A DNA stretch of 53,295 nucleotides from Octopus bimaculoides (lineage: Eukaryota). Both the position numbers and the translations under genes were made by a program. Where the stretch lies: the NCBI RefSeq assembly GCF_001194135.2, contig NC_068990.1, positions 79,296,240-79,349,534 on the forward strand, given 5' to 3'. The notes below the pieces were generated by a model. It did not search any database and was not told the DNA's origin. It saw only the letters and a list, made by a program, of their open reading frames with translations. Shown piece after piece: positions 36,077 through 50,144 of this stretch (the first letter of the stretch is position 1; each line of letters starts with the position of its first letter).

Positions 36077-38048
36077 AATTGATGGCGCGCACTGGACTTG
36101 TGCCAGTTTAGGAAAAAGTACTTTAAAAGGAAAAACTACTGGTACAGAGAGAACAGCGCATATTTTTGAAGCTATACGCAAATGATACTCCGTTTAAGAA
36201 GATAAGTAAAAACAAAGGATTACAGAAAAATTATTAACCTTAAGTAATAAAAAAAGAAAATAATTATTGATTGCCACATGGACGAATCTGTTAATTTTAT
36301 TTTGTTTTTATAATTAATTAAATTTTCATCTCATATCAAACTACTTTTAATTGTCTGTTACGATGTTTTATAACGATTAGTAATCATTTCAACTTGTAAT
36401 TAACTTCTTTACAAACTTTTTCGCTTGAGACATAAACGTGGACATTACTAGGTTGTTTTTTTTTTTTTTTTTCAATATTATGTTGATATAACATTTGCCT
36501 CGAGTTATATATATTTGCAGAAATTCCAAAGCAACACACCATCAGCATTATTATTAATCATGAATGCTGAAATTTTTAAAACGAATATAAATTGATTTTT
36601 ATGGAACATCTGGCTCTCCTGAAAATAAAGCGATTTCTGAAGTGAAACAGTTCCCCACGCAGAATTAATGTAGGTCGTGCACTGAGAACATGATTCAACA
36701 GGATTTCTTACCAAATGTTTTAAANNNNNNNNNNNNNNNNNNNNNNNNNNNNNNNNNNNNNNNNNNNNNNNNNNNNNNNNNNNNNNNNNNNNNNNNNNNN
36801 NNNNNNNNNNNNNNNNNNNNNNNNNNNNNNNNNNNNNNNNNNNNNNNNNNNNNNNNNNNNNNNNNNNNNNNNNNNNNNNNNNNNNNNNNNNNNNNNNNNN
36901 NNNNNNNNNNNNNNNNNNNNNNNNNNNNNNNNNNNNNNNNNNNNNNNNNNNNNNNNNNNNNNNNNNNNNNNNNNNNNNNNNNNNNNNNNNNNNNNNNNNN
37001 NNNNNNNNNNNNNNNNNNNNNNNNNNNNNNNNNNNNNNNNNNNNNNNNNNNNNNNNNNNNNNNNNNNNNNNNNNNNNNNNNNNNNNNNNNNNNNNNNNNN
37101 NNNNNNNNNNNNNNNNNNNNNNNNNNNNNNNNNNNNNNNGAAACACAAAAATTCTCAGTGAAGGAGGGTTAGGGTGGCGGAGAAGACGACGAGCGCGACC
37201 CGACACATCCCAGCATGCTTCACTCATATCACCCCTGCCCTCACTCTCTACCTCTCTTCTTTAGTCTTTAACTTCTCTCATTCTCTTTTAATTATCTTTA
37301 TTTCCTGGGATTTTCCAGATTTGTTCCCTCTCATAATCTTGTTTCTGTATTTCAGTTCTTTCCTTTCCTTTCCAGCGGAATTTCCTCAGATTACCGGGGA
37401 TTTTTCTCCAAAACCCCTTCTATCACGTTGTTCCCCCCCCACCACCTTTTATCCCCTCTCTGGAACCTTTATGTCCCATGTCTCACACCAAATTTTTATT
37501 TACCTGATCTTTTTACCTTGTTCTCTCTGTTCAGCTTCATTAAAGATCTTTCTCACCTCTCATTCTATTCTTTCCCCCATGTTTTCCCCTCTCTTCTACA
37601 CTTCTTGTTTTCATTCTTCGATTTCGTATAAAGTGAGCAAGTTTGTGAGTTATGTCAGAGAGAATTAAAAAGTGATGAAGCTAATGTATTATGTGATGTG
37701 TACATTGTTTTATGACTCGGTAAGGGAAGAGTAGCCCTCCGTGACTTTTTTGCAGAGTTTTCTACACTGAAGTGAGTGGAAGAGGGTGCGTGTATGTAGA
37801 GAAATGGTATTATGTAAGGTAGTTAGGTGCTCCCCTCCCATGCTTTGTGTCCTCGTAACTTTCTGGAAATTTCATACTTTTATATGAAATTTTGCAGAGA
37901 CCTTTTCTAGTGTGTAGGGGATAATTATGTTGATGAAATTAAAAATTATTTTGTTTAAAACATTAACATTACGTAATCTACACTCTCGAAAATGTATATT
38001 TGCAAAATATCTTTTAAAAGAATGTATTTTGTTGAGGTTAAGGAAATT

Positions 38049-38576
38049 GGGGCTAATGCAGAATCGCACCTCTCCTGGATAAATGCATTTAAAAAAAAGA
38101 AATTCGGATTCCTACATTTTAGATGTCGGAGATCACCAATATGCAAAAAATAAATTTGTTCTCCGCCTCACTTCCATTTAAAATTCTGTATGCCTTCCTG
38201 GGGCTAAAAACAACAGTAACACCGTCCTCTATAGGACCGCCACATTTAGTTGACATATATATATTATGAATAAACGGATAGGGATAAATTGATAGACAAA
38301 TAAATAGATGGATGAAAAAATTAAAAATTGGGGGACGGGTGAAATTTGGGCCCCTTATTAAACTTTATAACATTAATTATTAAACATTGTTTCTCATAAA
38401 ATCGTGTATATTAAGTATACATTAAATTATTATTTAAAGCAAACAAGTAAAACGCAAATTCCTTTCACCTTAATGTTTTTATCTGTATTTAATTTCGATT
38501 TGTTGATGTTCGTCAATTCTCTACAATATCTTTAAAGTAAACAAAATCAAAATTTTAAATTGGGGGGAGGGGTGGG

Positions 38577-38613
<37 letters not shown>

Positions 38614-38741
38614 TATATTCGTAATCTCCAACATCTAAAACGTAGGAATCCGAAAAAAAATTTGGCATTCTTTCGATACAAGAACTAGATATGCCAAAGA
38701 AATTCATTTGTCAAGGGCAGGTGCGATTCTGCATTAGCCCC
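38049..38741. mobile_element. MITE-like element with ~100-bp imperfect TIRs
   Basis: GGGGCTAATGCAGAATCGCACCT ... AGGTGCGATTCTGCATTAGCCCC, plus inner inverted TCGGATTCCTAC.TTTTAGATGT blocks. No clear TSD. Confidence 0.65.
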
Positions 38742-40214
38742 GAAAATATACCTGCAATATTTCATGTATGAAATATACATTTTTTTTTTTCTTCAAAAAG
38801 TTTATACCACACACGTAGAGAGAGACCTACGTATACACACACTTTTAAATCGACAAAAAAGTTATGAAAACGATTCTCACGGGTCAAGAGTTTTGTGCAT
38901 CTCAACCCTTCATTTCAGGAACCCTCTGCCGATTAAAATGCATGTGTGTGTATATATATATATATAAATATGTGTGTGTTTATATGTATATATTGTGTAC
39001 GTTTTCCAGTGCAGAGTGGAGATGGGGGTGGGGGGGAGCAGTTTGCATTTTCTTAGTTCCTCATTGACACGTTGCGATGAATGTTTATTAATGTCCACCT
39101 TTGAATTTCTTTATATGATTCATGTAGGGAAATCCAGAAGAGTTTCAGAATGTTGTGTTTATAGGGCTAGAAGTTAGGGCGACTATGTGTTATAAGGGTC
39201 TTCAGGGATAAAACCATAATGGGACACGAGTGTTGTTGTTTAACCCTAGGTCAGTTGTGATGAAGCATGTAACTGATCAGAGGCATTCCATCTATAAACA
39301 TTTCGCTTGTTTAAATTATTTAGGGTACAATATCCGACCTGTCCTTTTTTCTAAGACTGTAGGATGTGAGTCAAGGGATTTGGCTGCTATTTCTCACAGG
39401 TTGTCTAGCAATAAAGAACTCCCACGTTGTCTGATGTTTGTGTTACTGCTATCGTGTTACATCTTACTTATGCCAACATGGGAAACCATTCATAATATAA
39501 AATCATGTGTTCCCTACAAGAACTAAATCATTATTCACAACTGTTTTTTAAATAAGGATTGCATTTTCCATACTTAGTTTCGGTTGACTAAATATAGAAT
39601 CAAGCGTTCCAGTCGTGAGCATCCCATTTATTTATTTTTTTGTTATTTTATTCAAAGTATAATAGAATTACATTATCTAATGTCTTCTTTATTAAAAATG
39701 GTATATAATTTGAAATAAGCGAATTACTAAGTTGTGGTTATTACTGGAAAATGAAGTCGAACGTAAAAGCTTACACGAGAATCGCAGTTACTTTAAAAAA
39801 AAAGGCCCACATAACCCTCAATTCCTAACTAGACAAATTATTACCCTGACTAGCATACTAAACACATTTATAAAGCCATGTGCCTGTTATGAATATAGTA
39901 TATTTAAATACAAGTATGTATATATAATAAATTTGGATATATACCTATGGTATGTGTGCCCTATAAATTATATGTATTCGTCCCTTTTTCTAGCACACAT
40001 GGCTTTCCATGTTTATGTATGTCTTTTCATGCTTGTTATTTTTATGTCCCTGCTTTGGGTATCTTTCGTCGATTTTGCACTGAGACCCCATGTTTTGTGG
40101 CTAAACCCAGAAATTTGCAAACTGAGGCATTAATGTTAATGTATTGCTTAAGTTTTATAATTTACGTCAATACTAATGGCTGCCATCAAGCTTTAACTCG
40201 TGTCCACATGTGTG

Positions 40215-40550
40215 TGTTGTGTAAGTTTACTTCCCAACCTCAAGGTTCCGGGTTCAATCTCACTGCTCGACACTCTGGGCAAGTGTCTTGCATTTTATAG
40301 CGTCGGGCCGACCAACGCCTTGTGAATAGATTTGGTAGACGGAAACTGAAAGAACACTGTAATGGCTATATATGTATATGTGTGTGTGTTTGTACCCCCA
40401 CCCCCATCGCTTGACCACTGATGTTGGTGTGTTTATGTCCACGAAAATTATCGGTAGAATACCAGGGTTATAAAAAAAGAACTGGAGTCGATTCATTCCA
40501 CTAATAATTCTTCAAGGTGGTTCCCCACCACCCTCGCAGACTGAAACAAA
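40215..40550 (+). mobile_element. SINE family A
   Basis: GGTTCCGGGTTCAATCTCAC B-box-like motif, CTGGGCAAGTGTCTT core and family tail. Confidence 0.65.
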
Positions 40551-40631
40551 TTATACATATATATATATATGTATATATATANNNNNNNNNNNNNNNNNNN
40601 NNNNNNNNNNNNNNNNNNNNNNNNNNNNNNN

Positions 40632-40663
<32 letters not shown>

Positions 40664-41670
40664 GACTATTGAAAAAGCTGCAAGTTGCAACGAAAATTTT
40701 AAAAAGAAATTTATAACTGAATATACACGCCACACAAAGAAAGAGAGGTGTGTGTGTTGTTTAAGTGTCCATTAATGTGATTTCACTGCTATTTTACTTA
40801 AGACCAGCACAAGTAACTTTGTCACCAGCTATGATTTATTGTAGGTAAGGTATGTAAAAAATATTGACAAAAGAATCGATTACGTGTGTTCTGTGATTTA
40901 CGACACGTGGCGAGAGTGACAGATTCAAATAAAACAAACAGACCATCGTTTTGGCGAGGCGACCTTCGAATCAGAGCACAGGTGAAAAAGATTGATAGAG
41001 AGAAGCAAATGATAATTATAACCCAGATATCTAAATTCCAACGTCTCGGTCCATGTCCCAAATATGAAGCGATGTGCTGTAAAAATAGATCAATGTTACA
41101 TTATCGCATGTTTTCGGGGCTTTTTTCTATGCTATAATAATTATAAAAATGCTACCAGCCGGCTTTTGACTTCGTTTATCACCACAATTCTTGAGAATGT
41201 CTACGTTATTAGTCAACAAACTAGAAATAGCAGCCAAATCTCTCACCTCACGTTTTTATCTTGAAATGAGGGAACTACATATTAAATAACGTACTCTGAC
41301 CAGACAAGATGATCGCGGCTAGAATGATTACTTTTGATAATGGATTTTAAAGCTAATCAACATTTGTAGGGTAGACTCGATACAGAATGACGTGGCGGCC
41401 ACCCTGCCATCAACTATTCGTCTATGTAGATTTTATCTCAATTTAGAACAGCTGCTTTTTTTTATTATACAGATACGTTGGTGGAAATGCATGAACTTCA
41501 CATTTCAGATCTTGTTTCTTTAATCTTTCAGATGTTAGGCCAATCTAAGAAATCTTATTCATGCTGTTGTTAATTAACGTGGACTTTGTATACACATGTG
41601 GAGGACAAACACACCTTTGGTCTCCATTGTCGAAAATGTCGCAGATGTACGGGGTTTGCAGCTCTCTCTC

Positions 41671-41712
<42 letters not shown>

Positions 41713-41811
41713 TTTCTCTTTCTCTCCATCCATCTTTATCTATCTATCTATTTCACGCGCTGTTGTACGGAAAATAATGAAATTAATCACAGTAAAAGAT
41801 TTATTTAGGCG

Positions 41812-41990
41812 GAGGAGTGGCTGTGTGGTAAGTAGCTTGCTTACGAACCACATGGTTCCGTGTTCTCATCCCACTGCGTGGCACCTTGGGCAAGTGTCTT
41901 CTACTATTAGCCTCGGGCCGATTAAAGCCTTGTGAGTGAATTTAGTAGACGGAGATTGAAAGAAGCCTGTCATATATATGTGTGTGCTTG
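41812..41990 (+). mobile_element. SINE family A 5' part, ends at an N-gap
   Basis: GGAGTGGCTGTGTGGTAAGTAGCTTGCTTACGAACC...GGCACCTTGGGCAAGTGTCTTC. Confidence 0.7.
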
Positions 41991-44232
41991 TNNNNNNNNN
42001 NNNNNNNNNNNNNNNNNNNNNNNNNNNNNNNNNNNNNNNNNNNNNNNNNNNNNNNNNNNNNNNNNNNNNNNNNNNNNNNNNNNNNNNNNNNNNNNNNNNN
42101 NNNNNNNNNNNNNNNNNNNNNNNNNNNNNNNNNNNNNNNNNNNNNNNNNNNNNNNNNNNNNNNNNNNNNNNNNNNNNNNNNNNNNNNNNNNNNNNNNNNN
42201 NNNNNNNNNNNNNNNNNNNNNNNNNNNNNNNNNNNNNNNNNNNNNNNNNNNNNNNNNNNNNNNNNNNNNNNNNNNNNNNNNNNNNNNNNNNNNNNNNNNN
42301 NNNNNNNNNNNNNNNNNNNNNNNNNNNNNNNNNNNNNNNNNNNNNNNNNNNNNNNNNNNNNNNNNNNNNNNNNNNNTCAACCAATGACTGACGTCCATTC
42401 AGCCGTAAAAATTAAGTGCTGACTACGTAAACAAACAATTCGCGGCGGTGATAAAATTATTATTCCCTTGTCAAAAAATGGCTGAAGCATATTGGCAGTA
42501 GCTAATAAACCTTTCTATTATAGGCACAAGACATGGTTTTTGAGGGAAGGAACCAGTCAATTAGGGTTAGGGAAAACGAACACACGTGTGTTGCCTCTGC
42601 AAAATGTCAGAAGTAATGGAGATTAAATTCGCTTTACACCGCTTAGGAGTAACTGTAAACAGCTGAATACTTGTCAGTGATTGGTTGAAATTATCGAAAT
42701 AAGACAATTTTTTTACATGAAATAAATCCGAATACAAAAATTTTTTTTCTGTTCTATAACACAAAATAGATAGGTATATGAAGTTTGAAAGTCTTTCGGT
42801 ACCAAAAACACTACATAAAACATTAATGAAAACTGGTGCCCCCGTTTTGAACAAGATCCTTATTCTGGGAACGAAATAATTGTGTCCAGCACAATTTTGT
42901 AATAAACTGTATCTCCAGGACCGAGTTTGGGGGATCTACAGTGTACTTTCAAGGGAAAATTGGCTATTATTTCGACGAAATCGAGATAACTTATAGAGCC
43001 TCCCACATTAGCTCATACATAAAACTATGAAATGGTGTTAGGGTGATTTGGTTACTATTTCCTGTAAGTCGAGCTACCATGTAAAGGTCTACTTTGGCTC
43101 ATAAATATGTATTTAGTATTGCGTGGTTTGAAGATTTGGCTATTAACTCTATCGTGTCTAGCAGCCACGTAGTACACTCCTCGTTAGCTCATGCGACAGT
43201 AGGGTGTAGTCTGAATGATTTAGCTCCTTTTCTATCAGGTCAAATTACTATGTAGAGGCTCCCTTGTGGATTAAAAACAGTAGGGTGTAGTTTCTAATAC
43301 CATGCAGAAGTCTTCGTTTATCAGATTGATTACAGGAGAGGGAACACAAAAGGAAGTTACTGGCAGAAGATATACTTACATTTTTCGACGCCATTACGAA
43401 AATTTAAAAATTTAATTCGAACACATTACAGAAGTATATATCGAATTAAATATATAGACCTTCAGTGTAATGTGTCAAATATAAATATTTATAGTCTTGT
43501 GGGCATCGTTTTGTAGTTTTTGAATGAAATGCATCCAGAAAACTCCTGTTGGATTATGTGTGTGTGTATCGTTTTCACATATTGATCCAAGACAAAGGTT
43601 ATGACCCCTGTCATTGATATAGAAGCGACCCTCAAGGAAATCTCTCGTATATATGTGTGTGTGCCAGGTCGCTCTTGCGCTACTGGTAACATGTAACCCA
43701 GTACAACTTGTTGCACGGTCGGATCGTCGGCGCTAAAACCGGCAACCCCATCCAGCTTGCTAGATGAGGAGGGTGATTTTTGGACACGATGTAAGATGAA
43801 AAGCAAACCCGTCATAGGGTGGAGGAACTCAGTAAAGTCAACAGCCACCCAGTATAATTGAGGGGTAGATGGTGCTCACCAGTTGTAATGAAGACAACCC
43901 ATCTGGGAGAAGGAAATCTTTGAAATAAAAGCCATTCAGTGAGGACTTGCAACCAAGGGCTACTATTTTGCACAGAAAAGATTATGATATGGTTTCGTCT
44001 ACAGATGACTGAAATGCATATATATATATATATATATATANNNNNNNNNNNNNNNNNNNNNNNNNNNNNNNNNNNNNNNNNNNNNNNNNNNNNNNNNNNN
44101 NNNNNNNNNNNNNNNNNAAATTGAATATTAATTTCAATTTAAAACCAGTGGTTAAGCATATAAAAAATCTGATAATTCAGAAAATATCGGATGTCTACTT
44201 ATACGCATATATATATATAGAGAGAGAGAGAG

Positions 44233-44360
44233 ATGAAATTTACAAAAGACGAAGACAAGTGTATAAACAACAAGCAGGTGTATTAGTTTGACGTTCTGGA
44301 AGGTGAGAAAGTCTTTTACGTTTTGAGCCTATGCTCTCCAGCAGAAAGGAATGCGAAAAA
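44233..44360 (-). mobile_element. Penelope-like repeat with a decayed hammerhead motif
   Basis: Minus strand reads CCTTT-CTGCTGG-A-GAGC-ATAG-GCTC-AAAAC-GTA-AAAGA. Colinear with 52790-52950. Confidence 0.5.
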
Positions 44361-46241
44361 ATGTCAATGTATCCGAAAAAGAAGCCCACTCTACAGCACA
44401 GAGCAGCAATGTATTTAAAAGTAGTTAAGTCTATGTCCTCCGGTCACAGAGTGACCAATGGTTTCGCATCCGCAAAGGGCTTAGGCCTGCGAACGTCTAG
44501 TTAGACTCTAAAGCCAGATTCCTGCCTCCCAAAAGTAAAGAGTTATATTTGTCTTCGGCTTTAGAGTTTGACGAGCCGTCCATTGACTGGACATAGACTT
44601 AACTGTTTATAAATATACACACACGCGATGTGTTTCTTTCTGTTTTCGTCTACCAAATCCACTCACAAGGCCTTGGTTGGTCAGTGGCTGACTGAACCCG
44701 GAACCATGTGGTTGGGAGGCAAGCTTCTTATCACAACTACACAGCCACGCCACAGAAAGAGATAGATATATTAGTTTTCGTTCATTGACCCTAAACTGAA
44801 AGTTCTACGAGAAGGACCAAGTTGTTCAAGTGATTCTAATTAACTCCAATAAATTTGTTTCAAATAATTCTCTGAGTAAAACTACAGAAAAAGTAAGACA
44901 CGAAGACTTGGCGTTTGGATTTCAAAATGCCACATTCATGGCAATTCCTCTCAAACTATCCTTTGACCATCGTCAGGTTTCAGTGTTGGCTGAAAGCAGA
45001 AACTTTCTTTTCATCTGTCAGAATATAAAGACCTTTCTTCGAGTGGGCGGTGTCGGCTGCTTCAACCAATTACTATTTGATTTATTTATTTATTTGTTTG
45101 TTTGTTTTTTGCCTTGTTAAAATGTCGAGTAAGCAACTAGTGAATTTGAAACTCACTCTAGCCCTTCCTTTATTTTCTCCACAATAACATCTTTTATTTC
45201 ATTTAGCTATTGTGGTTTCTTAAGGACTGACAAGTTTCTCTCTCGAATTTCATTTAACATTATTATCATTGCAATGTTGGAGCAAATAGCAGAGGAAGAA
45301 CTGCTATTTCAGAAAACGACACCTGATAGCAGAACAATGAGCCAGCCTACGGCTTTGGTAGGCTGGCTCACATTTCAGGTGTTGCTATACATAACCACAC
45401 AAGTGAATGCATTCTCTGCAATGCGAGATATCATCCCATCAGCAATAGTTAGTGTAGATGTTCTTTGTGTGTGTGTGCGTGCGCGCGCGTGATTTTATCT
45501 TTGTATATGTGTATCTGTGTTTTACGTCGCATAAATGAGATAAGAAAAAGATGTGTACATAAATACATGTGTAATTAATACAGTGTGTTGTGGAAAGAAT
45601 ATAAACGAAGGTATCATGAAAACACATCCTTTCGAATAAGGAATCTTGGAAGAGTCTTTTATGGTAAGAGTTTTATCCTGAGTAAGTTAAGGCTTAAGAA
45701 ACTTCGCAATTTGTACAAAAACACAACACACCAATCTATTATTTATTTTGATATAAAGAAAAGCTGCTTCGACAAAGCAGCGTCCTGATCAAAGGGAAAT
45801 GCCGTAATCTTAGTTATACGTCATGGAAACCGAGTGAATCCCAGGAGTTTTGAGTCCGCGGGTCTATAGCTTCCAAATACGCCACCTTCGAAATCACGAG
45901 CAAAAACACTTTATTGTACCAGTTTGATATTTAGAGGTTCTCAACTGTTGCCTGCCTAAAGAAATCAGAAATATAAAAGGAACTTCTCCTGAAGCATTAA
46001 AAAAACAGAAAGCATTGGATAAACTTGTAACGACGAAACCGGACCAGACAAGCATTCAAGGATCCACTCAGGGAAGACCAGCTGCTGCAAACTCAATTAT
46101 GCACCAACTACTAGCCTGGTGAAAGAAAAAAAGAACCCGATAGAAAATAATTAAAGCAGTGCTCCAGCATGGCCACAGTCCTACAACTGAAACTTTCAAA
46201 AGAATAAAAGAATTCGTAAATATGAAGAAATTTAAGGAATA

Positions 46242-46768
46242 CGAATGTGAGTCAAAAAGTAATGCCATTTTGTTTAGGACAGATATAATTACCAACACAG
46301 GAACATGTATCATACATCAAAATGAAGCTGGTCCTCTGTGGATCACATCCCTACTTCTCAACATAGTCACCGTTTCTCTCAATAGCAATGTTCCACCTTT
46401 GAATGAGAGCATGTATCCCTGCCCTGTAAAATTCTGTTGACTGTTCTTCGAGCCACTTCTTCACTACAGTTTTCACTTCCTCGTCACTGGACTATCATCT
46501 CTTCGGCCCCATGAAAGAGGGTTTGATGAGGAAGTGAAAACTGTAGTGAAGAAGTGGTTCAAAGAACAGTCAACAGAATTTTACGGGGCAGGGATACATG
46601 CTCTCATTCGAAGGTGGAACATTGCTATTGAGAGAAACGGTGACTATGTTGAGAAGTAGGGATGTGATCCACAGAGGACCAGCTTCATTTTGATGTATGA
46701 TACATGTTCCTGTGTTGGTGATTATATCTGTCCTAAACAAAATGGCATTACTTTTTGACTCACATTCG
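46242..46768. mobile_element. mariner-derived foldback MITE (245-bp arms, 37-bp spacer, TA TSD)
   Basis: TA|CGAATGTGAGTC...GACTCACATTCG|TA. The spacer encodes DYHLFGPMKEG and the right arm DEEVKTVVKKWFKEQSTEFYGAGIHALIRRWNIAIERNGDYVEK*, a mariner transposase C-terminus. Confidence 0.9.
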
Positions 46769-47159
46769 TATTTCGAGTTTATAAAGGATTCGACGTAGAT
46801 AAGTATTTTATGATGGGTTATCGCTGGCAGTGTGGTTCGCTGTAAAAAAAAGATTACATGTTAAGTACTGATCGAGTTTATTCTTTGACGATCAAAGATG
46901 TTCCAGCCTGGACCATCTCATCAGATAAGTTTCTACCCACCCACCTTTTTCGGATGGGGACGATTTCTTAAGGTGTTGCTGTCGTTGGATTAGTGAAAAA
47001 TCTATAATGGTTTTGGATTGGAATAAAAGTTAAGGTAATATATTCCATGTTTCTGGTTTCGATCATTGGACTGCGTCCATGCTGAACGCCACCGTCATAA
47101 ATTCTGAGTCTGGATGTCCAGAGGACGTAGGTTCGGCAGCGTTTGTTAATCTGGCGGTG

Positions 47160-47425
47160 AAGGTGCATGGATTAGTGATTAGGGTATATGGTTCATGATC
47201 ATAAGGTCAGGAGTTTGGTTCCTGGCAGTCCATTCAGCTAGCAAAAAATGAGTTGTACATGTAATTCAAAGGGCCGGCCTTGTCACATTTCTGTGTCACC
47301 CTGAGAACTTTGTTAAGGGTACACGTGTTTGTGAAGTGCCCATCCACTTGTCAATTTCACGAGCAGACTGTTCTACTGGTCTGATCAACTGGAATACTCG
47401 TTGTCGTAACCGATGGAGTGTTAAT
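47160..47425 (+). mobile_element. SINE family D
   Basis: Colinear with 13040-13360 (GGGTACACGTGT...AATTTCACGAG...GTTGTCGTAACC). Confidence 0.65.
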
Positions 47426-48616
47426 CCGATTTTCGCTAGTTATTGATGAGGCGAAAAGAGAGAAAAAAAAACTAACTTCTCGACTGAATTTTGCTACAAA
47501 ATACTTCCTTGTTTTATGTTGAAAACATTTGCAATATTTTAGCGAATTCTTTAACTAGGTATGGATATACCAATTATTAGAGTTTGTGGAGGCGAAGGTT
47601 GTCAGTCACTGGGTGGGGCAGCACTTTTGAGTTTGCTTTATAAGCTCGGAAAAAATGGTGGTGGTCACAAACTCTGGGTCTGTTTTGGAGTGGCACACAC
47701 CCTATCTACGCCACTAACACCATTATATGTCGTTCTATGGTTTCTAGATTTTTCTGTCCTTGTCTCGTTATATGAGAGTAGCTCTGTCTTCTGCTGGGAT
47801 TCTTCTTACATTCCTTTTTCTTCTCAGGAATGTCGAGCCTTATTGACATTTCTTGTGTGGTTCCAGGTATTTCATCTGTTACGTGTGGGCGTGGAGATGT
47901 TTACGAACAAACAAAAGAGGTTCGTGATGAATGCAAACAGACGCATTGGGTATAGGTTAGTTTGTATGTACAATTTATGCAACCATATGCAGACTACTGT
48001 AAATATGTGTGCACACGTATATATAAAAATATAAGTGCCTGTGTGTGTATGTATGTTTGTATGTGTAAATATATATGGTGGGGTGGCTATAAGAACGTAT
48101 ATGCCTGTATATCTGTGTGTCTGCATGTATATGTATGGAAATCTGTAAATCGATTCGTATAAAAAATGTATTAGTCTGTATGTGTATACACAATTGCGCG
48201 CGCGCTTGTGTGTGTGTGTTATACAACAGTTTGATAAAGAACCACGTAACATCTGCATACAGTTGTGCGGTTATTTTTAGTCTTCAGACATGAACCGACA
48301 GTTCAGACACCAAATTACTGTCAGTAAATTATATAATAAAACACATGCACGCGTGCACACACACACACACACACTCACACATTTATGAACGAAAAGATGA
48401 TCAGCGAACATTGCAAAGGCGAAGTCCCTATGTCGTCCGATGCATTTAATATTGAATAAAATATCCAAAAAAAAAAATCAATCAAAGCTCTCTGCAATCT
48501 AAAGTAACCTTCTTTCAGTGATTCAAAGCTCAAAAAAGGCCTCTCGGGAAGACGCCACGACAATGGGAAGACGATAAATAGATTTTTAGCGTGTGAGTAT
48601 ATACATATATATATAT

Positions 48617-48646
48617 ACTAGCAAATGCACCCGTCCTTTAGACGGT
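48617..48646 (-). mobile_element. Helitron-like 3' terminus
   Basis: Minus strand: CCGTC-TAAAG-GACGG hairpin, ~9 nt, then CTAG|T. Confidence 0.5.
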
Positions 48647-49907
48647 TTAAATTGTTTTGGTGGTGTTTTTTTCACCAAATAATTGAACTACCGAGAAGAG
48701 TAGCGCAGCAATCTATGTGTCCGATTAACATAGGAACAGAAAATCAAATTGAAGGCTGGTTATTGTGGAGATCGTCGCACTTTAATGATCATAGAACATA
48801 TAAGTTTGCAAGCGATGCAAAGTAGAGCTACGGAAGTATTTTGGGAGTGGATTATAGATAATGACTACAAAATATAGTTGTTTTACATGAAAGCGAAATT
48901 TCTTGTCAGAAACAGCCACATAAATGGTGTAAGGAAATTGAAGAAAGACGTTGAAACTTCCCCTCTGCGAGTTTATTTTATTCAACAGCAAAGGGAGCTA
49001 TTTTGGGGGAAAGTAGTATGACTGGTACTTCAAAAATGCCGATATAATACCTACTTGAAAAAATAGAGTTAAAGGAATGTATTTTCAGCATGCTTACAGT
49101 GTACGACCACTTTGAAATTGACTTCAGGTAACGAAAAATGAAGACATGAAGAGTTTAACTTCAGTTCACGAATCCCGCTTTGAATCTTTAGCCGTTCGCA
49201 GTGAAAAGATATCTCTTAGAAACCCACCACAGTATGATGACACGAAAGAAAGCAAGGGGAGCCAACCAGCACCGCGATGAAACAACCCATCAACCCACCA
49301 CAAACTGACAACCCAAAAGAAAAAAAGTCGGCCAACACTACGATAAAGCAGCCTACATCAAAGGTGTCACAGAGGGAAGCGAGGGACGCCCCAAAGGAAC
49401 TACTACCAACCTTGTTCGAAGAACGACGATGGATGGACAATGGTCAAAAAGAGACAAAAAAAGACCACCAAAGACAACCAAAAGCCCGCATCCACAACAT
49501 ACACACACAAAACACAAACATCCTACTCGTTTTTTCCCAAACAAAGCCACATATATTCCATTCACACAAGAAATATCACCGCCAGCAACACCGGGGCAGA
49601 ATAAACCACCCAAGGTAAACATACATACAGAAATTCACATGTTACCCCTTGATTAGCCCCTCCACACCCGAACACCATCGAACTCAAAAGACAGTGCAAT
49701 GTTCTTTTTCATCAATTGTTACTTGTTTTTTAATCATATGTTGGTTCAACCTATTTTTGTCTGGCCTGTATTGTGAATGTAGAGTGTATAGCTTACCCCC
49801 CCCCCCNNNNNNNNNNTCTCTCTCTCTCTGTTATATATACATGGATGCGGACGTAGTGGATAACAGCTAGCCTTCGGCCGCACTTTTGGACCCTCTTGTA
49901 TTCACCA

Positions 49908-50050
49908 CTCTGATTGGTTATTATTGGCGCATTTTGTCTCTTGTTCTATTGCGAGTCAAGATGTAACCCAACCAATCGCGGCCTTCTGATAAGGTCACGT
50001 GGGACACTCTTTCTGTACCCCAGTTTAAGCCGACAGAATATTATAAATAG
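49908..50050 (+). promoter_or_regulatory. Promoter-like cluster: three CCAAT boxes, E-box, TATA
   Basis: ATTGG at 49913 and 49923, CCAAT at 49972, GTCACGTGG with CACGTG at 49996-50001, TATAAA at 50042-50047. Confidence 0.5.
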
Positions 50051-50144
50051 CTTACTTTTCACCGTCACAGTTTTGTCAGTCTTCTCGGCTTCAGACCTTC
50101 TGAGGTCTAGCCGCTGACCACAGAGCACACAGCCAGTTCCAGCG

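Noticed and set aside
36083-36112. MART start resembling histone H3
   Set aside because: The frame stops after nine codons (MARTGLVPV*), so the match is coincidental.
42562-42573. Telomeric TTAGGG repeats (also ~34724 and ~37166)
   Set aside because: Only about two units each, which is not an interstitial telomere array.
49216-49656. Overlapping ORFs as a gene
   Set aside because: A/C-rich low-complexity frames with frameshift-like switching and no domain. At most a decayed retroelement linker.
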